Positions 25,553 through 33,244 of a stretch of DNA of 64,000 nt are shown here, one piece after another. The translations under genes were made by a program, and so were the position numbers. A model generated the notes under the pieces. It did no database searches and had not been told where the DNA came from. It saw only the letters and a program-made list of their open reading frames with translations. Within the stretch, counting starts at the first letter, position 1; each line of letters starts with the position of its first letter. Source of the DNA: Deltaproteobacteria bacterium (GTDB taxonomy: Bacteria > Desulfobacterota > GWC2-55-46); contig JACRCC010000048.1 of the NCBI GenBank assembly GCA_016234405.1, positions 28,968 through 92,967 of the forward strand, in the 5' to 3' direction.

Positions 25553-26910
25553 TTTTGACCCTCAAGGGGTTTAACGTCTTTCAACTCCAAAAGCAGGACG
25601 CCCGCAGCTGCGCGGAGTTCGAGTCTGGCAGCCGCAAGATCATACGTGGAATTCATCAAAGACCTCTGCGCCGAGATAAGCGTCGCGTCCGCGTCAATCA
25701 CGTCAACGGTCGTCGCAAGCCCGAATTTAAATTGTTCAAAAACCATATTGTAATCTTCCTCCGCTAAAGAGAGCTGCTTTCTATACGCCTCGAGCGCCGC
25801 CTTTACCGATTCTAAACCGTTGAACGCCGCCCTTACTTGAAGCTCGATGTCGCGCTTGAGGAGAAGCCTTCTCAGTTCAGATTCCCTTAACTTGCTCTTG
25901 GCTTCCGACAACTCCGCATAGCGCAGCCCGCCTTCGAATATCGGGACGCTCAGGATTATTGAGCCGGATACGCTCTCCTTCTGATAAAAGGTCGTCCGGG
26001 GGTTCTGCTCCCTCCACGAATAGATGCCCTCGAGCCTCAAGGATGGAAGGAAAAAACCCTTTGCGTAACTGACCCCCTCGGAGGCGGCCCGCTCGTCGAG
26101 CGCGCCCTGCTTGTAATCAAGCCTGTAGGCGTAAGCGAGTTTTAAAATCTCGTTTACGTCGTTACTCAAATCCTGTTTGACGGGAGGTTCGGACACCTTT
26201 ACATCGTCATTTACATTGGTGAGTCTTTTAAGGACGTCCGCCGTATTTTTTAGGTCGCTGCGCGCCTTTATAAGCTCGGCCTCGGCTCCGGCCACGAGCG
26301 CGTCGGCGCGGAGAACCGCGCTCTTCGTAACCTCTCCTACCCGAAGGCGCGCTGAGGCAACCTTGCTGCGCTCCCCTGCCCTTTTAAGCGCGGCCTCTTT
26401 TATCTCAACCTCTTTTTCCGCCTTGAGTACTCCGTAGTATGCGCGGCCTACGGCCCTTATGACGTTCTCCATCGCCCAATCAAGCCCTGCCGCGTTTCTT
26501 TCGCTGATTATGCCGGCTTGGCGCTTTGCGGCCCACTCGCGTCCGCCCGTATAGACCGGCTGGGTAAGCCTTACGTCCACCCTCGATGCGTCGTCCGGCT
26601 GGATAACGAAGCCGCCTGATTTTTTCTGCTCGCTGTATACCGTGTATCCGCCCTCGGCCGTCAATTTGGGAAGAAGCTGAGAGACGGCCTTGTCTACTCC
26701 GCTCTCGGCCTGATTTATCCCCTCCCTCGCCATACCTACGGCCTCGTGGCTCTCGACGGCGAGTCTATAGGATTCGGAAAGCGTGAGGCTCCGTGAAGGG
26801 GGTAATTCCCCCTCACCTGCCGCCGCAAGTCCAGCAACGGGAGACACGAGGAATAATAACGCCGAGAGAAAAATAAAATACTTTATCGGAAGCGGCCGCT
26901 GCATACGCAT
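25549..26910 (-). CDS. TolC-like outer membrane efflux protein (OMF). Start taken at MRMQRPL (26910) rather than the track's 26985
   Basis: Signal peptide MRMQRPLPIKYFIFLSALLFLVSPVAGLA and two repeated alpha/beta halves typical of OMF. A GAGGAG RBS lies upstream of 26910. Confidence 0.65.
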   Translation of the reverse strand: MRMQRPLPIKYFIFLSALLFLVSPVAGLAAAGEGELPPSRSLTLSESYRLAVESHEAVGMAREGINQAESGVDKAVSQLLPKLTAEGGYTVYSEQKKSGGFVIQPDDASRVDVRLTQPVYTGGREWAAKRQAGIISERNAAGLDWAMENVIRAVGRAYYGVLKAEKEVEIKEAALKRAGERSKVASARLRVGEVTKSAVLRADALVAGAEAELIKARSDLKNTADVLKRLTNVNDDVKVSEPPVKQDLSNDVNEILKLAYAYRLDYKQGALDERAASEGVSYAKGFFLPSLRLEGIYSWREQNPRTTFYQKESVSGSIILSVPIFEGGLRYAELSEAKSKLRESELRRLLLKRDIELQVRAAFNGLESVKAALEAYRKQLSLAEEDYNMVFEQFKFGLATTVDVIDADATLISAQRSLMNSTYDLAAARLELRAAAGVLLLELKDVKPLEGQK

Positions 26911-26912
26911 AC

Positions 26913-27662
26913 CTATCTCCTCATCGCCCCCACCCTGCCTTCCCCCAGAGCCGCCTTCCGTCGCCGAGGCCGTGCAGGATAACAAGGCTGATGCCGGAAA
27001 GCGGCGCCGGGGGAGGGATAAGTGGAATGCGGAATCATCATACCGTCGAAAAATATGTTAACGAACGTATCAACGACCTTTTTATTTGGCCTCTTAAAAT
27101 ACGCCTTGAGACCGTAGAGTTCCTGAGAGACGCTGTAATGCACGGTCATACCGGTGAACGCCCTTGCCGCAAGCGCCGGGTCAACGCGCTTGAAGACGCC
27201 TGTTTTTACGAGTTTAATAATTTCTTTTTGGAGAAACGCGAGGAGTTCCAGCGCCTTTGTCCTGATGAAAATCTTTGAGAGGTCTTGCCTTTCAAGGGCG
27301 CTGTAGGTGAGTAACCGGAGGAATGTGTCGTCTTTCTGGTGCTCCGTGATTATGTGCGACGCGACGGTGGAAAAGATGTCTTTGCCCTTCTTGCCGTCAA
27401 GCCTCTTTATCAGGGTCGCCTCTCCCCTCTTGTCGCCGCACTGCATATCAATAATAGCCCTGTAGAGGTCTGCTTTCTTCTTGAAGTGCCGGAATATGAC
27501 CGCCTCGCTTATGCCGGCCTTTGAGGCTATCTCGCGCGTAGTGGCGCCCTTAAACCCGTTTCGCGCGAAAAGGGACATGGCGACCTTGACTATCTGGTCT
27601 TTCCTGTCGGCTGCCGCAAGCCGTTTTTTAACCGTTTTTTTTCCTTTGGGTTTGCCAACCAT
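26913..27662 (-). CDS. TetR-family transcriptional regulator with an unusual ~40-aa C-terminal extension
   Basis: N-terminal HTH TREIASKAGISEAVIFRHFKKKADLY. At 249 aa it is longer than typical TetR. The tail is encoded across repeat family 2 copy R1. Confidence 0.7.
   Translation of the reverse strand: MVGKPKGKKTVKKRLAAADRKDQIVKVAMSLFARNGFKGATTREIASKAGISEAVIFRHFKKKADLYRAIIDMQCGDKRGEATLIKRLDGKKGKDIFSTVASHIITEHQKDDTFLRLLTYSALERQDLSKIFIRTKALELLAFLQKEIIKLVKTGVFKRVDPALAARAFTGMTVHYSVSQELYGLKAYFKRPNKKVVDTFVNIFFDGMMIPHSTYPSPGAAFRHQPCYPARPRRRKAALGEGRVGAMRR
26943..27011. repeat. ~68-nt stem-loop repeat, family 2 (copy R1)
   Basis: Arms cccagagccgccttccg / cggaaagcggcgccggg flank a loop containing cgccgaggc.g.gcaggataa.aa. 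The loop core is about 80% identical by eye to copy R2 at 33123-33190. Confidence 0.55.
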
Positions 27663-27665
27663 GTT

Positions 27666-27705
27666 AGTAAGCGCTTACTATAATGCTGAAAGGGATTTTT
27701 GTCAA
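27666..27705 (-). promoter_or_regulatory. candidate sigma70 promoter (TTGACA-17-TATAGT, minus strand) with overlapping 14-bp perfect palindrome AGTAAGCGCTTACT; putative tetR promoter/operator
   Basis: Minus-strand -35 at 27700-27705 and -10 at 27677-27682. Palindrome at 27666-27679 lies between the -10 and the tetR ATG (27662). Confidence 0.4.
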
Positions 27706-27711
27706 GCGGTA

Positions 27712-28695
27712 TTACTCCCTGTTTATCAGGACGCCGGCGGATGCTGCAATGCGCCCATCCGAGTCCACGATGACCGCCTCAACGCCTTTAAGCCTCTTGA
27801 CTAACGCCATGCCCTTAATTGGGCCGAGGACGAATACGGCGGTGGAGAGCGCGTCGCTCGTCATGGTGTCCGGCGCGATTACGGTTACGCTCATGACGCC
27901 TTTGGCCGGATAGCCGGTTGACGGATCAATGATGTGATGATAGAGAACGCCGTCTTTTATAAAAAACCTTTCGTAATCACCGGAGGTGGAGATTGAAATG
28001 TCCTTGAGTTCGAGCTTCGCAATGAGTCTGCCTTTTTCTCTTGGGTGCTTTATGCCGATTTTCCACCCATCGAGGGTGTCGCCGCCCTGCACGCGCATGT
28101 CGCCGCCCGCCTTGAGGATAACGTTTTTTATGCCGAGCGCAGCGACGGCCTGCATGGCCTTGTCGACCGCATACCCCTTTGCTATTGCCCCGAGGCCGAT
28201 GGCAACCCCCCTTTTTTTGAGGAATACGGTTAGTTTGTCCGGGTCGAGTTCTATAAATCTGTAGTCAACGTTTGCCCTCGTTTTTTTTACTTCTTCATCG
28301 GTTGGAACTCTCTCTTTCCCTTTTGTAAAATCCCACAGACCCCTTGTTCCGGCCCACGTAATGTCAAACGCCCCTTCCGTCAGCCTTGAGACTTCTTGAG
28401 CCGCGGCAATAACCTTAAAAAGCTCATTCGACACCTTTACGGGCATTATGCCGGCATCTTTGTTTATCTTTGAGACCGGGCTGCCCGGAATCCACTCGCT
28501 CATCTCCTCTTCGATGCGCCGCATCTCGCTTATCGCCGCATCAAATGCCTTTTCGCCCATGACAACGTCATCCACGACAACCGTCATCTCAAAATCCGTT
28601 CCCATGACAACGGCGGTCTTTTTGACGGTTGCGGCGAACGACGTGGAAGAAAGCGCTGTAAGGATTAAGGTTATGAAAAAGAGGAAGGTTCGCAT
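27712..28695 (-). CDS. apbE: FAD:protein FMN transferase (ApbE family), secreted/lipoprotein type
   Basis: Signal peptide MRTFLFFITLILTALSSTSFA. ApbE-like …VMGTDFEMTVV… and C-terminal GDYERFF…H.IDP motifs. Confidence 0.7.
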   Translation of the reverse strand: MRTFLFFITLILTALSSTSFAATVKKTAVVMGTDFEMTVVVDDVVMGEKAFDAAISEMRRIEEEMSEWIPGSPVSKINKDAGIMPVKVSNELFKVIAAAQEVSRLTEGAFDITWAGTRGLWDFTKGKERVPTDEEVKKTRANVDYRFIELDPDKLTVFLKKRGVAIGLGAIAKGYAVDKAMQAVAALGIKNVILKAGGDMRVQGGDTLDGWKIGIKHPREKGRLIAKLELKDISISTSGDYERFFIKDGVLYHHIIDPSTGYPAKGVMSVTVIAPDTMTSDALSTAVFVLGPIKGMALVKRLKGVEAVIVDSDGRIAASAGVLINRE

Positions 28696-28746
28696 GGAGT
28701 GAATATAACACAAAAAGCGGATTCTTCACGGAGAGCTTGCAGGCGC

Positions 28747-29976
28747 TTAAAAAAAGAGTCTGAGCGCGGCCATCACGACGTGGGCGTTAACGCCTATGGA
28801 TTGGGTGTAGTATTCGTATTTTGCCTCGGCAATGCTAACGCCGATTGGGAACGAACCGGCGCCCTTCCCTGTATCCTTGAACTTATAGCCGAGTTTTACG
28901 CCTGCAAGACGGGAGTCGAATTTCAGGAGCTGCGGTGAGGAGGATTTATACTGCTCAGGCCCGTCGTAATTGTCGAGCGCGAAGTAGGCCTTGTCCTGCG
29001 TGTAGTATCTGTAATTAAGCCGCATGACTACCTGCTCCGAGAGATATTTGTTATACTCGACCTCGGACATGTAGGAATTCACGCCCCAAGAATCGTCGTA
29101 GTAACGCAAGGTAAGCCTTACGGCCGAACGGTTGAACGCGTAGGAACCGTCGTAGTTGAAGTATTGGCTTACGCCGAGTATGTAGGCGTTCCTGAAACGC
29201 TTCGAAGGGAAGGACTCTTCGCGGCATGACGCGGACTTGGCCGTGCATGAAGAAGACGGCGTGCCGGAGAGAGGCACGAGCCTGATGCCCTCGGATTCGT
29301 AACCGTTTGAGTTGTTCCTCGAATAACCCGCCTGCACGAGCGTATAAGGGGTGAGCGCCTGCGTAACGCCGGCAAAGTAGTTATCCGTATTCCTGCCTTT
29401 TGCGCCGTCCATGAAAACGCCCTTCACGCGGTCGTTGTTTTTTGAATACGCGGCCGTGATGGTGGTGTTTTTATTGAAGAGGTCTTTTTTGAGCGTGAAC
29501 GTGGGCGTATGAGAGGTGTAGTCCTTTTCCTTGCTGTAGTCGTAATACGCCTCGACGCCCACAACGTCCTTGAACTCGTGCTTGAGGCCCGCCGTAAAGG
29601 CGTGGCGCGTGTCTTTTGCGGAATTCCCGCCCGAAGACACCGCGCTTGAGGCGCCTGAGGCCGCGGCAACGCCTCTGGAGGAATTGCCGCGAAGAGTCTG
29701 ATTCCCTCCCTTATTTACGGAATCACCTCCGCCGCCTTCGCCCCCTTCCCCGAAGCTCGGATTTATGAGGTCTATGTTATATTTGAAATACGTCGAGGTC
29801 TGGAGATTCAAGTCTTTATTGAGCGCGAAGACGCCGGAATATACCGTAACGCCGTTGTTGAAGCTGTGCATGTAGGCTTGAGTCGCGGCATAATCCTCGG
29901 CCGAGGCAACAACGCAAAGGGCAGGCAAAGAAAGTACGGCCGCACCGACAATGACGGCTAATTTAATTGCAGCCAC
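28747..29976 (-). CDS. predicted outer-membrane beta-barrel protein (DUF3570-like)
   Basis: Signal peptide. Alternating aromatic/polar beta-strand pattern, many Y/N/S, C-terminal aromatic (…LRLFF). Context with DUF4266 and ApbE matches the known DUF3570 neighbourhood. Confidence 0.45.
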   Translation of the reverse strand: MAAIKLAVIVGAAVLSLPALCVVASAEDYAATQAYMHSFNNGVTVYSGVFALNKDLNLQTSTYFKYNIDLINPSFGEGGEGGGGDSVNKGGNQTLRGNSSRGVAAASGASSAVSSGGNSAKDTRHAFTAGLKHEFKDVVGVEAYYDYSKEKDYTSHTPTFTLKKDLFNKNTTITAAYSKNNDRVKGVFMDGAKGRNTDNYFAGVTQALTPYTLVQAGYSRNNSNGYESEGIRLVPLSGTPSSSCTAKSASCREESFPSKRFRNAYILGVSQYFNYDGSYAFNRSAVRLTLRYYDDSWGVNSYMSEVEYNKYLSEQVVMRLNYRYYTQDKAYFALDNYDGPEQYKSSSPQLLKFDSRLAGVKLGYKFKDTGKGAGSFPIGVSIAEAKYEYYTQSIGVNAHVVMAALRLFF

Positions 29977-30184
29977 AGCCGCCTCCGCTCACCCCGAAAC
30001 TGCCGGCAGATCCCTCGCGGGTCGCAAGGAAATGTTCTCGAACGCCCTTTTCCTCCTTGTTGTAATCGGATTGCATGATGGGGTCCGCAAGATACTCCTT
30101 TTCCCACGGTTTTACGCTCGCGCATCCGGACAACCCCAAGCCAACGGCTGACACAAAAAAGACCGCCCAAAAAATCCTTCTCAT
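29963..30184 (-). CDS. DUF4266-domain small lipoprotein (start taken at MRRIFW, 30184)
   Basis: Lipobox LSGC. C-terminal …EHFLATREGSAGSFGVSGGGCGCN is the characteristic DUF4266 ending. Confidence 0.5.
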   Translation of the reverse strand: MRRIFWAVFFVSAVGLGLSGCASVKPWEKEYLADPIMQSDYNKEEKGVREHFLATREGSAGSFGVSGGGCGCN

Positions 30185-30690
30185 CTGCCATCTCCCTTTC
30201 TCAGAAGTTCCTCGACTTCCCCTGCCCATTGCTGCGGATCGCTCTCCCTAAAACCAAAGTGGACGTATCTCACATAACCGTCCTTATCTATGATGAACGC
30301 AGACGGCATGAGCGCGTTATACGCAGGCATTACCTTAGGTTCAGTATCAAGGAGCACGTGAAAATACTCGGAAAACTTAGGTAATCTTGCAAGATAGTCG
30401 TCAACGTGCGACCTCTTTTTGTCTATACTTATCGCAAGCGCCGCGACTGAGCCTTTGTTTTTATCAACAAGTTTGTTTATCTCAGGGAGTTCTATTTTAC
30501 AGGAGGCGCAGTAGGTTGACCAGAAATCAACGAAGACCACCTTACCCTTGAAATCCGACAACGAAATAGTTTTACCGCTCAAGTCCGGCAAAACTATGTC
30601 AGGCGCTTTTTCGTTCACAAGCCCCGCCAATGCCACGCCCGCGGACGCGAAGAAGAAAATTACCGCCGCGAAGAACAACTTGATATTCAC
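30181..30690 (-). CDS. TlpA/ResA-family thiol:disulfide oxidoreductase (thioredoxin fold, periplasmic)
   Basis: Signal anchor; WSTYCASCK (WCxxC active site); AhpC/TSA-thioredoxin-like length. Confidence 0.7.
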   Translation of the reverse strand: MNIKLFFAAVIFFFASAGVALAGLVNEKAPDIVLPDLSGKTISLSDFKGKVVFVDFWSTYCASCKIELPEINKLVDKNKGSVAALAISIDKKRSHVDDYLARLPKFSEYFHVLLDTEPKVMPAYNALMPSAFIIDKDGYVRYVHFGFRESDPQQWAGEVEELLRKGDGR

Positions 30691-30766
30691 TGCGTCTCCT
30701 CAAAAAAAACGGATTTTTAGCCTTCTGAGCGAAGTGAAGCCCTTAGCCCTGAGTATGTTCACTTAT

Positions 30767-30860
30767 TGTCATTCTGAACACATTCGCGGAGTTTACACTG
30801 AAGTGTTGCGAATGTGCTCAGTGTAAACTCCGCGAACGGGGCGAAATCCGCTTCTTGCTC
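30767..30860. repeat. intergenic repeat element family 1 (copy B), containing an 18-nt perfect inverted repeat ttcgcggagtttacactg / cagtgtaaactccgcgaa
   Basis: Shares its 5' end tgtcattctga(a)cacattcgc and its core cagtgtaaactccgcgaa…gaaa…cgcttcttgct with copy A. Looks like a head-to-head internal duplication of the core. Confidence 0.6.
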
Positions 30861-30907
30861 ATCATATTTATATATTATTGAAGATTAAGGATAGATTAGA
30901 TTCATAA

Positions 30908-31642
30908 TTACCATCCAAGCCTGAGCCTTTCGGCGAGCCTCTCGGGCAGTCCGGCGGCTATTATCTTGCCGGCGGCAGTCTGTATATCGTATTCGACCTT
31001 ATGGTAAGTTATGAGCCTCTCAGCCGTGTCGTAGACGACGAAAGACGCGCGGGGGTCTCGGTTGCGCGGCTGCCCTACGCTGCCGGGGTTCACGAGATAT
31101 TTAATCCCCTTTTCAACCTTTATCGAGTTATCCATGTTCAACAACACCGAGCCCTCTACGCTGAGATAGGCCATACTGATGTGCGTATGTCCGAAAAAAC
31201 ATACGTTAAAGCCTTCAAATTCCCCAAGGAGCATAAAATTCCGCGCAGCGTCCCTCGCGCACTGGATATAATCGTCAAGGGAATTTATGCTGCCGTGCAC
31301 GGCCAAAAAACTGCGCCCCTCCTTGTGAAATTTGGGCAGGTTTTGCAGAAATTCTTTCCCCTCATCCGTAATCACCGTCCGCGTCCACAAAAGCGCGGCT
31401 TCGGCCTGTTGGTTGAAATTAGAGGTGTCGGCGAGCCCGGCGGCCCTCTCGTCATGGTTGCCCATGACGCACTTGACCCCGTGAGACCTCACGAGAGAAA
31501 TGCACTCGTTGGGGTTGGCGTTATACCCTATAATATCGCCGAGGCAGATGGTCTTTTTGACGTCGAGCTTCGCAATGGTTTCGAGCACGGATACAATGGC
31601 CTCGAGGTTCGAGTGTATGTCTGAGATTATCGCGTATCGCAT
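30908..31642 (-). CDS. calcineurin-like metallophosphoesterase (YfcE/MJ0936-type)
   Basis: MRYAIISDIHSN, GDIIGYN, GNHD, GHTH phosphoesterase motifs. Confidence 0.65.
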   Translation of the reverse strand: MRYAIISDIHSNLEAIVSVLETIAKLDVKKTICLGDIIGYNANPNECISLVRSHGVKCVMGNHDERAAGLADTSNFNQQAEAALLWTRTVITDEGKEFLQNLPKFHKEGRSFLAVHGSINSLDDYIQCARDAARNFMLLGEFEGFNVCFFGHTHISMAYLSVEGSVLLNMDNSIKVEKGIKYLVNPGSVGQPRNRDPRASFVVYDTAERLITYHKVEYDIQTAAGKIIAAGLPERLAERLRLGW

Positions 31643-31743
31643 CTATTGTATTGTGGGTGTATGGGCGGAGGGGACAAGAGGGCGCGGCCGCATGACCACG
31701 CAGGAAGGAACGCTTACGGATGTTGCCATATCATATCCTCTCT

Positions 31744-32070
31744 TCAATGCACCCTGCCCTTTACGTCCGTCCCTTCGAATGCGGCCATGCCGCCCTTGAG
31801 CGGGTCGTCGGCAAACCTGTCCCTGCATCTCTTGCACAGGATATATATGAAGTCCTTTACGACGTCCTCTTCGAGCGCCTTGGCGTCCATATCCTCCATT
31901 GCCGAGAGCAGCTCGTTTATGTCGTGGTCCACGTTATCGCCGTAATCCTCCAAATAGCCGTCGAAATCCGCGAAGGTGCGTATCTCGACTATATACTTTA
32001 GGCTGCCCTTGGGAAGTTCCCTGCCGCAACCGTTACACCTGAGTTTGTGCATCGTTAATAATCCTTTCAT
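31744..32070 (-). CDS. small zinc-ribbon protein (two CxxC pairs) with acidic middle region; function unknown
   Basis: CNGCGREL … CKRCRDRF. 108 aa, or 101 aa if it starts at MHKL. Confidence 0.35.
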   Translation of the reverse strand: MKGLLTMHKLRCNGCGRELPKGSLKYIVEIRTFADFDGYLEDYGDNVDHDINELLSAMEDMDAKALEEDVVKDFIYILCKRCRDRFADDPLKGGMAAFEGTDVKGRVH

Positions 32071-32224
32071 AAGGCCGAATGCGGCGCACTGCTTTAAGCG
32101 GGCATGTTTGTCCGCGCAGCCAACCCTGCTTGTAAAAATCTCCGCGGTATATGCGGAGATTTTTTATCTTAACCCTAAACATGCCCCTTGTCAAATCAAA
32201 TGGGTCTGTGTTAAATTCTATCGG

Positions 32225-33109
32225 ATGCCGGAGATAAATACCATACTTTCACGCGATTCTTACCTCCTTTACGCGGAGTTGAGGCTGTTTTGGCTCGTCG
32301 CGTTCGTCTATGGGATGTCTTTTGCGCTTTTCATAATACACGGCGCAACGCGCCAATCCGCCCCCGGAAAGATAGGCCGGATGCTGCTGTGGCTCGCGGT
32401 ATCCCTGCATATAGCCCTCATTGTGCTCCGCACGTTAGAGGCTGGCAGGGCGCCGTTTCAGACGCTCTATGAAAGCCTTTCGTGGTTTGCCTGCTCGGCT
32501 GCCCTCACATATCTCTATGTCTCCGGAAAATGGGAGGATATCCACCTGCCCGGGGGTATCGTGTCGGGAATATCCCTTGGCGCGTGCCTCTATGCGCTCC
32601 TCGCGCGCTCCCCTGCGGTTGAGCCTCTCGCCCCCGCGCTTCAGAGTTATTGGTTCGAATGGCACGTGGCGCTCGCGTTTTTCTCCTACGCCGTCTTTGT
32701 GGTAAGCGCGTCAATCGAGGCAATCTGCCTTATAGTGATGCCTTTCGTAAAAAGAGGCCGCCGCGTCTACGGCCTGACGATAAACGCCGTTGATGAACTG
32801 CAAACGCTCGCGCACAAACTCGTTCTTTTGGGGTTTCCGCTCCTTACCTTCGCCGTGCTCTCCGGCGCGGCGTGGGCAAACGAGGCATGGGGCAGGTACT
32901 GGAGCTGGGACCCGAAAGAGACATGGTCTTTGATAACGTGGACGGTCTTCGCCGTCTACCTCCACTCCAAGACCATACCGGCCATGAAGGGGCTTCCGGC
33001 GTCGGTCTTTAATTTAATCGGGTTCGTCTGCATGATGATGACGTTCCTCGGCGTGAACTGGCTTGCAAAGCTCCTCGGCATCCCGTCCCTGCATGTCTAC
33101 GCCGTGTAA
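32225..33109 (+). CDS. ccsA: cytochrome c-type biogenesis protein CcsA/ResC (system II heme handling; WWD domain). Start moved to MPEINT (32225); track ORF begins 31976
   Basis: WGRYWSWDPKETWSLITW is the CcsA/ResC WWD signature. Polytopic with conserved His residues. Confidence 0.75.
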   Translation: MPEINTILSRDSYLLYAELRLFWLVAFVYGMSFALFIIHGATRQSAPGKIGRMLLWLAVSLHIALIVLRTLEAGRAPFQTLYESLSWFACSAALTYLYVSGKWEDIHLPGGIVSGISLGACLYALLARSPAVEPLAPALQSYWFEWHVALAFFSYAVFVVSASIEAICLIVMPFVKRGRRVYGLTINAVDELQTLAHKLVLLGFPLLTFAVLSGAAWANEAWGRYWSWDPKETWSLITWTVFAVYLHSKTIPAMKGLPASVFNLIGFVCMMMTFLGVNWLAKLLGIPSLHVYAV

Positions 33110-33122
33110 CCTAACGACCGTG

Positions 33123-33190
33123 CCCAGCGCCACTTTTTGCCGCCGAGGCAGCGCAGGATAATAATGATGGTGCGGAAAAGCGGCGCTGGG
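33123..33190. repeat. ~68-nt stem-loop repeat, family 2 (copy R2), between ccsA and resB
   Basis: Arms cccagcgccacttttt / aaaagcggcgctggg. The loop cgccgaggcagcgcaggataataatgatggtgcgg is homologous to R1. Confidence 0.55.
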
Positions 33191-33244
33191 CGTGAACCGT
33201 GACCGTTAAGGCGGAAATTTTACTAACGCCAACATATCCCAAAT

